DNA of 38,592 nucleotides from Sphaeroforma arctica JP610 (Eukaryota), in NCBI RefSeq assembly GCF_001186125.1, contig NW_014040446.1:56262-94853 (forward strand). The letters are read 5' to 3'. Shown here one piece after another: positions 1-10,235 of this stretch; the first letter of the stretch is position 1; every line of letters starts with the position of its first letter. The position numbers and the translations under genes are program-made. Below the pieces are notes generated by a model. It did not search any database. It was not told the origin of the DNA and saw only the letters and a list, made by a program, of their open reading frames with translations.

Positions 1-14
1 TACCGAATTCATCT

Positions 15-510
15 GTGGTCTGGTGCGGCATTGGCTTACCCCCATCCTCGCTTCTCGACCGGATTATGACGGATAACCTGGTCCTTCTCGGTATTTCGTA
101 CTCTGCACTAACCCATTCCGCGGCATTACACGGCGCAGACCCGATCCGTACCACAGAGGTGGGTACTCTACTTAGTAGGTCAGCAAGCGAATATATGGAA
201 CATTCGATAGTAGCAGTGTTTTGTCAACACCGGACCGAATTGACTCAGCACATATCTTCCATTGTCGACTCACTTGGCCCAAGCTTCAAACGGGAATTTA
301 CTGACCACTTCTTCCCATCAATCTTTCCTGAACCACTACAGCGACTATGAGAGCCATACCATATGTTCATACATTGTATCATCCTTACTTGCCATTTTTG
401 AAATAAATAATATTATCCCTATATGAAAGAGTGTACTACTTGCAAGAGTACTAACGGCTGGCACAAAAATGATTGTAAGGACATACCGGACGTCCAAATT
501 AAGCACTGAC
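15..510 (+). pseudogene. gag: gag C-terminal remnant with zinc knuckle
   Basis: ORF 15-350, plus 423-476 translating MKECTTCKSTNGWHKNDC (CX2CX6HX3C) immediately upstream of the protease. Confidence 0.6.
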
Positions 511-540
511 AGTTCCATGTGTGTGCACTAAAGCAAGATT

Positions 541-1119
541 ATGAGAAAAAAGTTCAATAAAATCTATACCAAAGGAGATGAACGTATATTACAAACCCTT
601 TATGTAAATGGAGAAAAATTGATAGCACTTTTTGATCCAGGGGCTGAAGTCTCTGCTATCTTACGCCGAGTAGTCTACGCTACAGATATAGCTATCCATA
701 ACGAAACAACTAATTTAATCTTGGGAAATGGCAAAGTCACCACTTGCTAAGAAGCCACTGGCTATGCACACATAATGTTGTCAGATAGAAGTGAAGTAAA
801 GACTCACCTAATCGTTACTGACGTCTCAGAAATACAATTTAATTATAGGTATGACTGATCTTCTGGAGAAAAAGTGATAGCACTTTTTGATCCAGGGGCT
901 GAAGTCTCTGCTATCTCACGCCGAGTAGTCTACGCTACAGATATAGCTATCCATACAGAAACAACTAATTTAATCTTGGGAAATGGCAAAGTTACCACTT
1001 GCTAAGAAGCCATTGACTATGCACATATAATGTTGTCAGATAGAAGTGAAGTAAAGACTCACCTAATCGTTACTGACGTCTCAGAAATACGATTTAATTA
1101 TAGGTATGACTGATCTTCT
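541..1119 (+). pseudogene. pol: Retropepsin aspartic protease domain, tandemly duplicated and disrupted
   Basis: ALFDPGAEVSAI (D-x-G motif) occurs twice. Both copies carry the same in-frame TAA (748-750 and 1003-1005). Confidence 0.85.
610..1119 (+). repeat. 255-bp direct tandem duplication (610-864 / 865-1119)
   Basis: Two near-identical copies from GGAGAAAAA.TGATAGC to ATGACTGATCTTCT, offset by exactly 255 nt. Confidence 0.95.
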
Positions 1120-1388
1120 CAGTTTAGGTATAACTCTCACTGGTCTGCCTAATGGGTTAGACTCAAATAAAGATCAGTCAGGTGATAACACGTTAAAGAT
1201 ACCTAAATCTTCAGAAGGTGAAGCAAAGGATATGATTCCGCACTTTACCGATATAATTATGGACTTAATTATACAAAACAGAAAGATTGCAATAACCGAC
1301 TGGTGTATGTTTAAGTTCTCTAACGGGTACGTTAAGCTTGACTTGACAAACTTCGACTTCTCTAAGTTAAAGTGTCCTTCACAACTAC

Positions 1389-2171
1389 GTGAGTTGGAGA
1401 CACAAAGACGTTGTCAAAACCCAAATTGAAGATTGGTTAAAACAGGGTCTAATTGAAATCAATTATGATGCAACCCCAGTTAACTTAGCTCTCTTAGCGG
1501 TCGATCAAAATAAATCTGATGGATTGTTTAGTAAAACAAGAGTAGTACTAGACCTGTCGCCAATCAACAAACTAATTCCGCAACATAGTTTTCCCTCAAC
1601 AAAGATAAGTGAGATACTACGCAAAATGGAAGGTGCGACTGTAGACTTAAAAGTTGCACTTCATCAATTACAAATATATGAGCCGCATAGGAACTACTTT
1701 TCCTTTACTTGGCAAGGTAAGAAGTACCAGTTTAAAGGTGCACCTGAAGGCTTACACATGTTACCTTCTTTCTTCCAACAAGTTATGATGGAACTATTTA
1801 CGGACCTGTCGGATAACGTTTCAGTATATATAGATGATATGATTATCTTTACAAAGACAGCACATGAACATGCTAAACTCGTTAAAGAAGTCTTAAAGCG
1901 ACTGAACCATCCCAAACTTAAGATTAACGAGGACAAGTGTTATTTTGCTAAAGATACTATACGCTTACTTGGTTACAAGGTATCTGGAGCAGGGGTAGAA
2001 ATTGATCCTGGCAAGAAACAATTTCTGTTGGATTTATCAACACCAATTACTGGAAGAGATGTGAACTCTGTATGTGGGTTTGTTAACTTCTTCTCGGATT
2101 CGGTACCTCATCTTAAAGCCTTTCAGTCACCTACTGCTGCACAAAGGACCAGTGGGAAAGCTTTGGACTAG
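1389..2171 (+). pseudogene. pol: Reverse transcriptase domain (Gypsy-type), frameshifted at both ends
   Basis: RVVLDLSPINK, DLKVALHQL, FSFTWQGKKYQF.GAPEGL, YIDD, LLGYKVS motifs. Confidence 0.95.
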
Positions 2172-2251
2172 GGAATGTGATGATGCATTTAAGCTAGTCA
2201 AAAGTAAAAGTAGTGGACGCACCCATTTTGCAATATCCTGTGGATGGCGTC

Positions 2252-2611
2252 CCATTCCAAGTAGCGACCGATGCTTCAGATCGAGCGGTAGGTGGAGTGC
2301 TATACTAAACGATAAATGGTAAACCGCGCTACATACAATTCTTTAGCAAGAGTTATAATAAGAGTCAACGTAATTACCCTACCGTTAAACAAGAGCTCCT
2401 TGCGATAGTTACTGCGCAAAGACAGTTTAAAGACTACCTTTATGGAAGTTACTTCACTGTCGCCTGTGATCAAAAGTCTTTAACATATTTAAAGGACATG
2501 AACCCTGATTCACAGTTGGTGAGCCGCTGGCATGACATTATTGCTAAGTTCGCTTTTAACATTACACACATACCAGGAATACATAATCATCTTCCTGACA
2601 TGCTCTCTCGA
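2252..2611 (+). pseudogene. pol: RNase H domain (Ty3/Gypsy type)
   Basis: Manual translation PFQVATDASDRAVGGVLY*...SQRNYPTVKQELLAIV...FTVACDQKSL...HIPGIHNHLPDMLSR, with a stop at 2306-2308. Confidence 0.92.
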
Positions 2612-2656
2612 CTTGTCCCTGACTACCAGAAAACAGTTAAAGAGCTATTAGCAACC

Positions 2657-3055
2657 GATTGGATGCTTAATAAGAAATGGTTTAACCTCGCCCAATCAAG
2701 ATGGGGTCCATTTACTATTGATATGTTCGCCGCAGAACATAACAAACAGGTTTCTGATTATAGGTCGTTGACTCATCCTAAAGGGAATGCCTTTCAACTT
2801 GACTTATCAAAGCATAATGCGTGGGCTAACCCACCTTGGCAACTTATCGCACAGTTGTTAAATTATGTTAATATTACTAAATCTACCATTACGCTGTGTT
2901 GTCCCTTACGTAGCTCTGACCCATGGATACGTGATTTAATTAATATGATACAAGACGAGCCTATCTATGTCGACCGTGAAACCGACACGTTCTTGTATCA
3001 GGGATCCTTTTCTATTAAGAAGACACCTTGGAAACACACCATCGTTTGTCGCATC
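2657..3055 (+). CDS. DNA N6-adenine methyltransferase (Dam-like, DIRS/phage type) domain within pol
   Basis: DWML..., WGPFTIDMFA (2720-2731 = DMFA, SAM-binding motif I), NAF, WANPPW (2828-2839 = catalytic motif IV NPPW), LCCP....PW. This is the motif series of the MT domain of DIRS elements. In frame with RNase H and integrase. Confidence 0.85.
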
Positions 3056-3493
3056 GGTCCTGCAGGTACCACTAAGTGGAAACCCTCAACCGAGTTCTTA
3101 GCTAAACTAGAGGAGTCTAAGGAGTTTGAACAAAAGCTCAAGACTCGTACAACACATGCACCCAACAAGAATGCAGTTGAGGTAATGCCGATTGAGACGG
3201 CATTAGATCGTAAAAACATGAAACTAGCTAAGGCCATGGATCAAAGACTCAAAACTCTGAGAGAACCTGAAGCTCGCACTCAACTACTTAAAGCGCTGCT
3301 TAAAGAACAGCCAGGAGTTGCGAAACAACTGAAGAAGATACTTCAACAATCTAATGTTGTTAACTACGTATCTCAGGAGTCTACCCCTTCTGATACTGAA
3401 GTTGTCCTATCTAACGGGACTATGTTTCATCCAGCCAGCGAAACACAGAATCTGACTGACTTAGAAGAGCTCGAGAGTAGAGTTAAAATAAAA

Positions 3494-4281
3494 CATGATT
3501 TAACTCATCGAGCATATGAGCATATTTATAAGATGGGTATTCGTGCAGGGCTTGATCACCCGGCGCTGAAAGAAACCATACGTGAGGTATACCGACGCTG
3601 TACTGATTGTGAAAAGAACCAGATCAAGCGCTACGGTTGGGCACCCCTAAAAAGTGTGACAGAAGACCGACCGATGCGCCGAGTCATAGCCGATTTGGTT
3701 AAACTCCCGCGATCCAAGCATACTGGCGATGTATATATCTGTCATTTCTTATGTGTGGCTTCGGGCTATAACTTGCTTTATGCAATACCAAACAAACGCC
3801 CGCAAACAGAGGCAGAGTTATGCTATCACGTCTTTAATGACTTCGGTTTCCCCCGAGCACTATGTTTTGATAACGGTAGTGAGTTTGTACTGACGTAATG
3901 GAGGCACTTATACTTGTATCCGGCATGACCCATAGGCGTGGTGTTCCTTATAAACCTCAAACGCAGGGTGCAAATGAGACGCGTCATAGAGAACTAAAGA
4001 GGCTATTGAGTACCGCACTAGATGACGTTGAGGATATGTGGCCTTATCATTTGAAATGGGTTCAGACTCAAATGAATAACTGCATGAATCCTCAAACTGG
4101 AACACTCTCGTTTCACTATTTCTTTGGCCGCTATAGTGAATTACAAGCAACGTTTGACAAAACTGCGCCCGAGAAACACGTTCCTCCGTGGCTACAAAAG
4201 ATCAAGCATATGCAGAACGTTTTTTACCCTTGTTTACTCGAGCACAAAAATCGTGTCCTACTTAAAGCGTATGACCGGTAA
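3494..4281 (+). pseudogene. pol: DDE integrase with HHCC zinc finger (frameshift near 3896)
   Basis: HDLTH...CTDC (HHCC), IADLV, FDNGSEF, PYKPQTQGANETRHRELK. Confidence 0.92.
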
Positions 4282-4532
4282 AATAACACTAAGAACATTG
4301 TTCAGTTTAAAGTTGGCGATATGTTAATATTATAAATCGCAATGCCAACGTTACCGAACTCTCTTCTAAGACAATTAGACCTTTTGATATTTCCTACCAT
4401 GATGAGAAGTGTGATACTTACGAAGTGAATAACATAGATGGTACTAGCATAACTAATCTAGGCACTAACCGTATCCCAACCTCCGAACTCTCATTTGCTC
4501 GCTCATTTGATTCTGATGTCCCAGTTATGGAG

Positions 4533-4667
4533 CCACAAGTCAAAGATATAATTGACAAAACATTCGAAGACGGTTACACTTACCATAAGACCCGTTTTAT
4601 GGATGGGACAGTAGCTTGGCTAACCTCCGATGCGTTTCGTGAATCTCGCGACTTCCTTCGTATTTTT
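4533..4667 (+). pseudogene. Chromodomain-like integrase tail
   Basis: PQVKDIIDKTFEDGYTYHKTRFMDGTVAWLTSDAF fits the V..I.D.....G...Y...(W/F).....W chromo pattern, in the position typical of chromoviruses. Confidence 0.55.
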
Positions 4668-5076
4668 AATAAGAAATGGAATAAGCGTTTACATAAGAAC
4701 ACACGAGATAAACGGAAAGGGTTTCCTCGGGTGACTACAAACCCGGATGGATCTGAAATTCCCTATTTGCCACCTACTTCCTGTGTGACTAAATTTTCTG
4801 ATCTGCTTACCAACAGAGCAGAAAATTATTCGAGCTTACTTACTAATGAAGAACAACCTTTGACTATTATCTTACCAAGTAATAAACGTAAGGCGCCTAC
4901 ATCGTAATTGGTTACTGGACCAAATACTAAACGACATAGACTACAACATGAGTCTTGAACTCGTACATATAGGCACATACTTACTCGATATGCCATGACC
5001 GAAACCGTTTTACTTTGGCTTTCGCTTTACGAACTAGATCGTACCTTCACGTACGTCCGTAGTCCTAAAAGCAACT

Positions 5077-5097
5077 GGGGGCAGCTACTGGGGGCTA
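5077..5097 (+). other. Polypurine-tract-like G-rich primer site
   Basis: GGGGGCAGCTACTGGGGGCTA directly precedes TGTAG at 5098. Confidence 0.55.
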
Positions 5098-5461
5098 TGT
5101 AGAAATACGGCCTCCGGTCAGTCTAAAACATCAAGATAACACATTGGTTTTCAATTGTATTGAAAATAATCTAATACAAGTTCTCTTTCCAATATTTCCA
5201 AAGTGTTCTAAATTCACTTTGATGGCTCCAATAGCCCGAGTATTTGGTGTGACTCATTTACTTGGACCTATTTGAGACGATAGTAGATGTAAAATATTAT
5301 AAACATAATTTTATAATATCTGAACTACTACTTACAGGTTTTTGTCTTCCCGCCAATCTCCAAAATCCAATAAGTCTTTTTCAGTTTTTTTACTTTTCTT
5401 CAGATTGAACTTTATATATATTAGCTAATGTATTAACTTGACTTACGTTCTTATGTCTATC
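5098..5461 (+). repeat. Start of 3' LTR of the Gypsy element (interrupted or continued by LTR B1)
   Basis: TG start right after the PPT. TGTAGAAATACGGCCTCC resembles the starts of LTRs B1 and B2, and there are shared short motifs (ATATCTGAAC, T-tracts). Confidence 0.55.
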
Positions 5462-6127
5462 TGTAAAAGCCTGGCCTCTGTATTAGAATCTTGTAATATA
5501 AACGTACTCTTAATAGTACGTAAACCGTACTCTTAAAAGTATGTAAACTTAACTTTTCCTTAAATGGTTTTTAACGGTTTTTATTAATTAAATATCTTTT
5601 CCATTTTACATATCAGATATTTGGACAAGGCCATTAAAAGGCCCCAGTAAAATACCAAACATAAGATTTGGTCTAGTTCTATTAATAGAACTATATTTAC
5701 TTTCCAAATCTATTTATATCTGAACACTTCGGTAGCGAGACGGCTCAACCGAACATAGGTTTCTAAGGACTATTAGCGTTGCTATGGACAGCAGGAGTAT
5801 TTTTCTTTTTTCTAATATTTTTCTTCTAAAGATAGGATTTTATGAGTCTCTCAGATTCTCCCCAACGAAACGTACCATAGTTTCTAATAGAGCGACAACG
5901 AAACACTAAATAAAATCCCTTCGGCGAAAACAGTACCGAGAGGATTATATATAGGCAATGTCTCAGCCTCACAATCCCTCAGAGTATTGCTGTTTTCACG
6001 AGGCATACCTGACTTTACTAAAAGACTCCTTTCGTGTATTTACATTGAATTTAATTATACTTAGACTTAACTTAAGCGTTTAAATACTCTAAGGCGTTAA
6101 TATCGCCTTGATAGACCGAAAATTACA
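5462..6127 (+). repeat. LTR copy B1
   Basis: TGTAA...TTACA terminal inverted repeats; colinear high similarity to 7039-7784. Confidence 0.85.
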
Positions 6128-6261
6128 CATTTTGAAGTTAGCAAAGGTATTAACTACTTAGACTACTTAAACGTAAAGGTAGATAACTATCACTTTTTTT
6201 TCTTCCTAAGCACAGTCATTTATTCCTTAAGAGAAAACGACTGAAGTGATAAGTCAAGATT

Positions 6262-7038
6262 ATGACAAAGAAAGACAAGACACCTGTAAAGAAACGCCAA
6301 GGCCGAACGTAAGAAGATGGAGAGAGAAGCCGCTAGCGCTGCCGCAGAAGCAACCGCCGCTGCTGCCGATGCGTTTAACCGCACTGTAGCCGAGGCACTT
6401 GTCTCCAACATTGATAGTCAGCACAATGCTTCGGATTAGGATGTAACCACTCCGATTAAGGAGACTACTCCTACAGATAGAGCCCGAGGGGCAACTATTG
6501 CCTCAACTTCGAAGCTCGCATTGACGAAGCCAAGATGTGAGACAAGGGACACGTCTCAAAACGTCCCACCCAATTCTTCTGACGAAACTCAGAAAGAAAA
6601 GCCCCCAATTATAGGGGACAAAGACGAATCTCAAAAGGTACCTATACTGGAACCAGAAGAGGAGACAAACTCAAGTGGCAAACCCGAATCTACGTCCGAG
6701 ACCACTGAGCCAACGCGCATAAGTAAGTTAATTACTGAAAACACTGATCTTAAGAATTAGTTAGCCAACCTTAAGAAAAGCAGGACTGTTGAACATGTAG
6801 ATCGAATGTATGGATCAGGAAAACACGCACAGCACTTACGCGAACATGTTTCTCCGGGCACTACTGCAGCCTTACAGAAGTGGACAGAGCGCCGGCTGGC
6901 AATTACACCCGGAAAGTGTAAGGACCTGAGCGCCAAACCTGTGGCAGTTGACCCAGATGTGCTCATTGTATCTATACCTTACGAGGTACTACCGCCAGAA
7001 CTCCAGGCTAATTATTCGCCTATTCTAACACCCGGACA
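6262..7038 (+). pseudogene. Decayed gag-like N-terminal coding remnant between LTRs
   Basis: Fragmented Lys/Ala/Glu/Thr-rich frames (e.g. 6521-6760, 6806-7063) begin ~135 nt after LTR B1 and are cut by LTR B2. Identity is inferred from position only. Confidence 0.45.
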
Positions 7039-7784
7039 TGTAATAGCCGGGCCTCCACATTAGACTCTATGTTATAAACGTACTCTTAAGCAGTACATAA
7101 ACTATAAACCTACTCTTAATAGTACGAGGAACTTAAGTTTCCTAAATGGGTTTTAACGGTTTTATTAATCAATACCTTTTCCATTTTACCTATCAGATAT
7201 TTAGACAAGGCCATTAAAAGGCCCCTATAAAATACCAAGCATAAGATTTGGTCTAGTTCTATTGATAGAACTATATTTACTTTCCAAATCTATTTATATC
7301 TGAATACTTCGGTAGCGAGATGGCCCGACCGAACATAGGTTTCTAAGGACTATTAGCGTTGCTTAGTGTATCCTCCGTTTAGCCAACCAGATGTGCCAGT
7401 CTGATGAAGGCTAAGTCCGTAATTCTTGCTAAGTGGCAAGTTATTGGTTAATGCAATTACTATGGACATCAAAAATATTTTTCTTTTTTCTATTCTTTTT
7501 TTTCTAAAGATATGATTTTATGAGTCTCTCGGATTCGCCCCAACGAAACATACCATAGTTTCTAATAGAGCGACAACGAAACACTAAACAAAATCCCTTC
7601 GGCGAAAACAGTACTGAGAGGATTATATATAGGCAATGTCTCAGCCTCACAATCCCTCAGAGTATTGCTGTTTTCACGAGGCATACCTAACTTTACTAAA
7701 AGACTCATTTCATTTACTTAGACTTAACCTACGCGTTTAATTACTCTAAGGCGTTAATATCGCCTTGATAGACCGAAACTTACA
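7039..7784 (+). repeat. LTR copy B2 (with ~98-nt extra segment)
   Basis: TGTAA...TTACA termini. Aligns to B1 except for the extra segment ~7364-7461 and a short deletion near the 3' end. Confidence 0.85.
7379..7451 (+). ncRNA. Putative degenerate type I hammerhead ribozyme
   Basis: TGCCAGT-CTGATGA-AGGC/TAA/GTCC-GTAA-TTCTTGC-TA-AGTGGCA. Stem I pairs 6 of 7, core CUGAUGA is intact, GAAA reads GUAA, and an outer helix TTAGCCAA/TTGGTTAA forms. Confidence 0.45.
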
Positions 7785-8048
7785 CCAGGAGAAATGCGGT
7801 CGGGGAAGATAAATCCGAAGCAAAGGGCAGCGCACTGAAGCGACCTATAGGCGAAAAGGGACGCGTAAATAAATAAAACATTGTTTTAATCTATTGTATT
7901 AACGTATTTACAGTGTGTTCTTAACGTACGTACAAAGTGCTCAATGCGAGATTGTGTACAGATGTCTCGACGTATGAAGTCGTTGGAGGTGTCTATAGTA
8001 GCGATTTTGGCATGCACGGGCGCTTGCTCGGTTAGAACGCGCCGATGA

Positions 8049-8400
8049 TTAATTTATGTTCTTGTTCGAAAACATGGGTGTCGGCGCGGTGTGGAGGTGT
8101 GGTACGATTGACCGTGCCGTGTGCCAATAGCGCTGAGATATAGCGTCCGCAACCGTGTTAGCAACGCCTGCTATGTGCACACTAGTGATTTCGAAATCAT
8201 AGGGCGTTTCAGTTTCTGTTAGCATGCACAAGAGATTTAGCATCTCTTGCACTATGGCTGCAACGGCGCCCGTGTTGTCCGACAAGATGTTCACTGTATG
8301 CCCCTGTTACAGGTGTTCAAACATCTCTAAAGTGTTGTGAGTAGTTCCAGCGCCGTAATGGGGAAGAGCTTTTGATCCTCTGCTTGCTTGCGGTGATGAT
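8049..8400 (-). pseudogene. RNase H (Ngaro type)
   Basis: PITALELL, LSDNTGAV, HIAGVANTVADAISQ. Ends in ...P....PTP with no MT domain, as in Ngaro. Confidence 0.8.
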
Positions 8401-8562
8401 GTGCGGCCCATGATATAAAGTATCATTCTCCTGTTGAAACATATTCGCCTTCGTTAAACGAGGTGCATGCATCGACAGCGACTGTTGCTTGTGATAAAGT
8501 GGACGTGTGAGTAGCGATGAGCCCGACCAATTTTGCAGCATGCGCCACGAAGCGACATCTGC

Positions 8563-9350
8563 TCAAACAGCAGCTGCGATGCGAACGTATTTATGCGGCT
8601 GCGGGTTGTTTCGCAAACGCCAGAGGATGCGTGGCGTGTATGGGCAAGCCTGAGGGAAAATTGCACATAGCCATATAAGTCGCCCTCCGAGTGGGACAAC
8701 CTTGCGAGCAGTAGCGGCGCGCTTTGTAAGCCAGTTGTGTAACAGCTCGGAGTAAGCCTTCCTTTTAAGGTCTGAGAGACCCACAGTGCGGGCAATCATA
8801 TCCAGTAATACGCCAATGTATTTCAGACGCGTGACGTCGATTGCTGATTTCTCGAACGCTACTGGAACTTTTACGAGTGCAAAAAGGGCTTGAAGCTTGG
8901 CTGCGTCGCAGGCACCTATAGCAGGGAGGTAGGTGGCTATGAAATCATCAACGAATCGGTTAGTATCGAGTTTGGTAGCTGGGAATATAAAATCTAGTGT
9001 AACGCCCAAACGTTCAAATAATTCGGGATTACTGCGAAGCCCAGAAGGGAGTGCGCGCTCAAAATAGGCTTGACCCTTAGAGACGAATCCCACCAGTGGT
9101 ATGTTTGTTCCACGTATCTTGAAAAGGCGAAAGGCCGACCGAATGTCGATAACTGACATTGTGGATCCTACAGGCGCAGCAGTAACGGTGTCTAGAACTT
9201 CTCGTAGCTTTAGATATCGTAGTTTCCGAGATAGTATGTGTTCGTTTATGCTTGCACCACGTGGGTAGGATAAACGATGAATACGGCGAAGCTTCACCTA
9301 GTTGACACTACGGATTTTCTGAAGGACACCAATTGGCGATAGGTAATAGT
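8563..9350 (-). pseudogene. Reverse transcriptase (Ngaro/DIRS type)
   Basis: YYLSPIGV...LRRIHRLSYPRGASINEHI, DIRSAFR, LPSGLRSNPELF, FVDDF, LKYIGVLLD, GRLIWLC motifs. Confidence 0.9.
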
Positions 9351-9797
9351 AGGACCAGGTCTTCGCTTCGTCCAGGGGTATGGTCCCGACGAGCAGATTC
9401 TGAGTTAGCTCCTGATCAATGGCTGTCTGGAGCTAGGCGGCGTGTTCTGTGGCTAAGGGGAGAGGTTTGTATATTGCACGCGGAAGCGTGCCTACGTATC
9501 CCATGCTAGAGCATGCCGTGAAAGATATCTAAGATCGTTCTATCTTGATGTAATAGTTGGAAAATCTTCTGGTGATTTGGACGAGTATTTGGTGGAGATG
9601 AAATCCTAAATAGATTAAGAAGCGGGTGTACGTACGATGTGACTGAGTGGTTATCTTTGGTTGTCACTTGTGGTGGGAAAGGTTAGTGGCGAAGTAGCGG
9701 TGGTAGAGCTGATGATATTCTTCGTAGGTGTCGTGCGGTAGTGTGTGTTGTGTTTACAACCCGTCTTTTTCGGCCTGTTCTGTAGTTGTGTTTGGCA

Positions 9798-10235
9798 TTA
9801 GTCAAATGTGATTAAAGGCTGCAAGAGATGAGGGGTTCGTACAGGGTGCGTGCAGTCACGACTGGATGAGTTATAGTGTTGCAATATTGCCCATGAGATT
9901 GGCCCTGAGTATCGCTTGCTATTGATACAATTGCAATATCGTGTTTCCAATAAACATTTTGAACAAGTCGCATTAGGGCGACGATTATCTTTTGATGTAA
10001 GAAACGTTGATAATAGCTGAGGTGGGACTACTGCGTACTGAAAAAAAATGTTATGTGAATCTATGGCAACCATAAGTGTCTCGTCAAAACATGCAACACT
10101 TTCGGGTGTGTGGGTGATCAGCCAGCCCGCCATCATGATTAAATATGCGATCATGTCGCCTATAGCGGCCTCGTCGGTTGCGAAGCCATGCGTTAGGCGC
10201 CACACGTAACCAAACCGACACATTGCTGATTGCAT
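9798..10235 (-). pseudogene. gag-like ORF fragment of the YR element
   Basis: Lies upstream of RT on the same strand; Cys cluster CSKC......CNC. Confidence 0.45.

Larger units (their letters stand above)
1..5461 (+). mobile_element. Degenerate Ty3/Gypsy (chromovirus-like) LTR retrotransposon, 5' end outside window
   Basis: Domain order gag Zn-knuckle, PR, RT, RNase H, (MTase), INT, chromo-like, G-rich PPT, TG-starting LTR. INT after RT/RH is the Gypsy order. Multiple stops and frameshifts. Confidence 0.93.

Noticed and set aside
748..4281. RIP-like CpA-to-TpA signature from TAA stops in the Gypsy pol
   Set aside because: CAA/CAG-to-stop is a common route to nonsense codons anyway; this cannot be tested without a family consensus.
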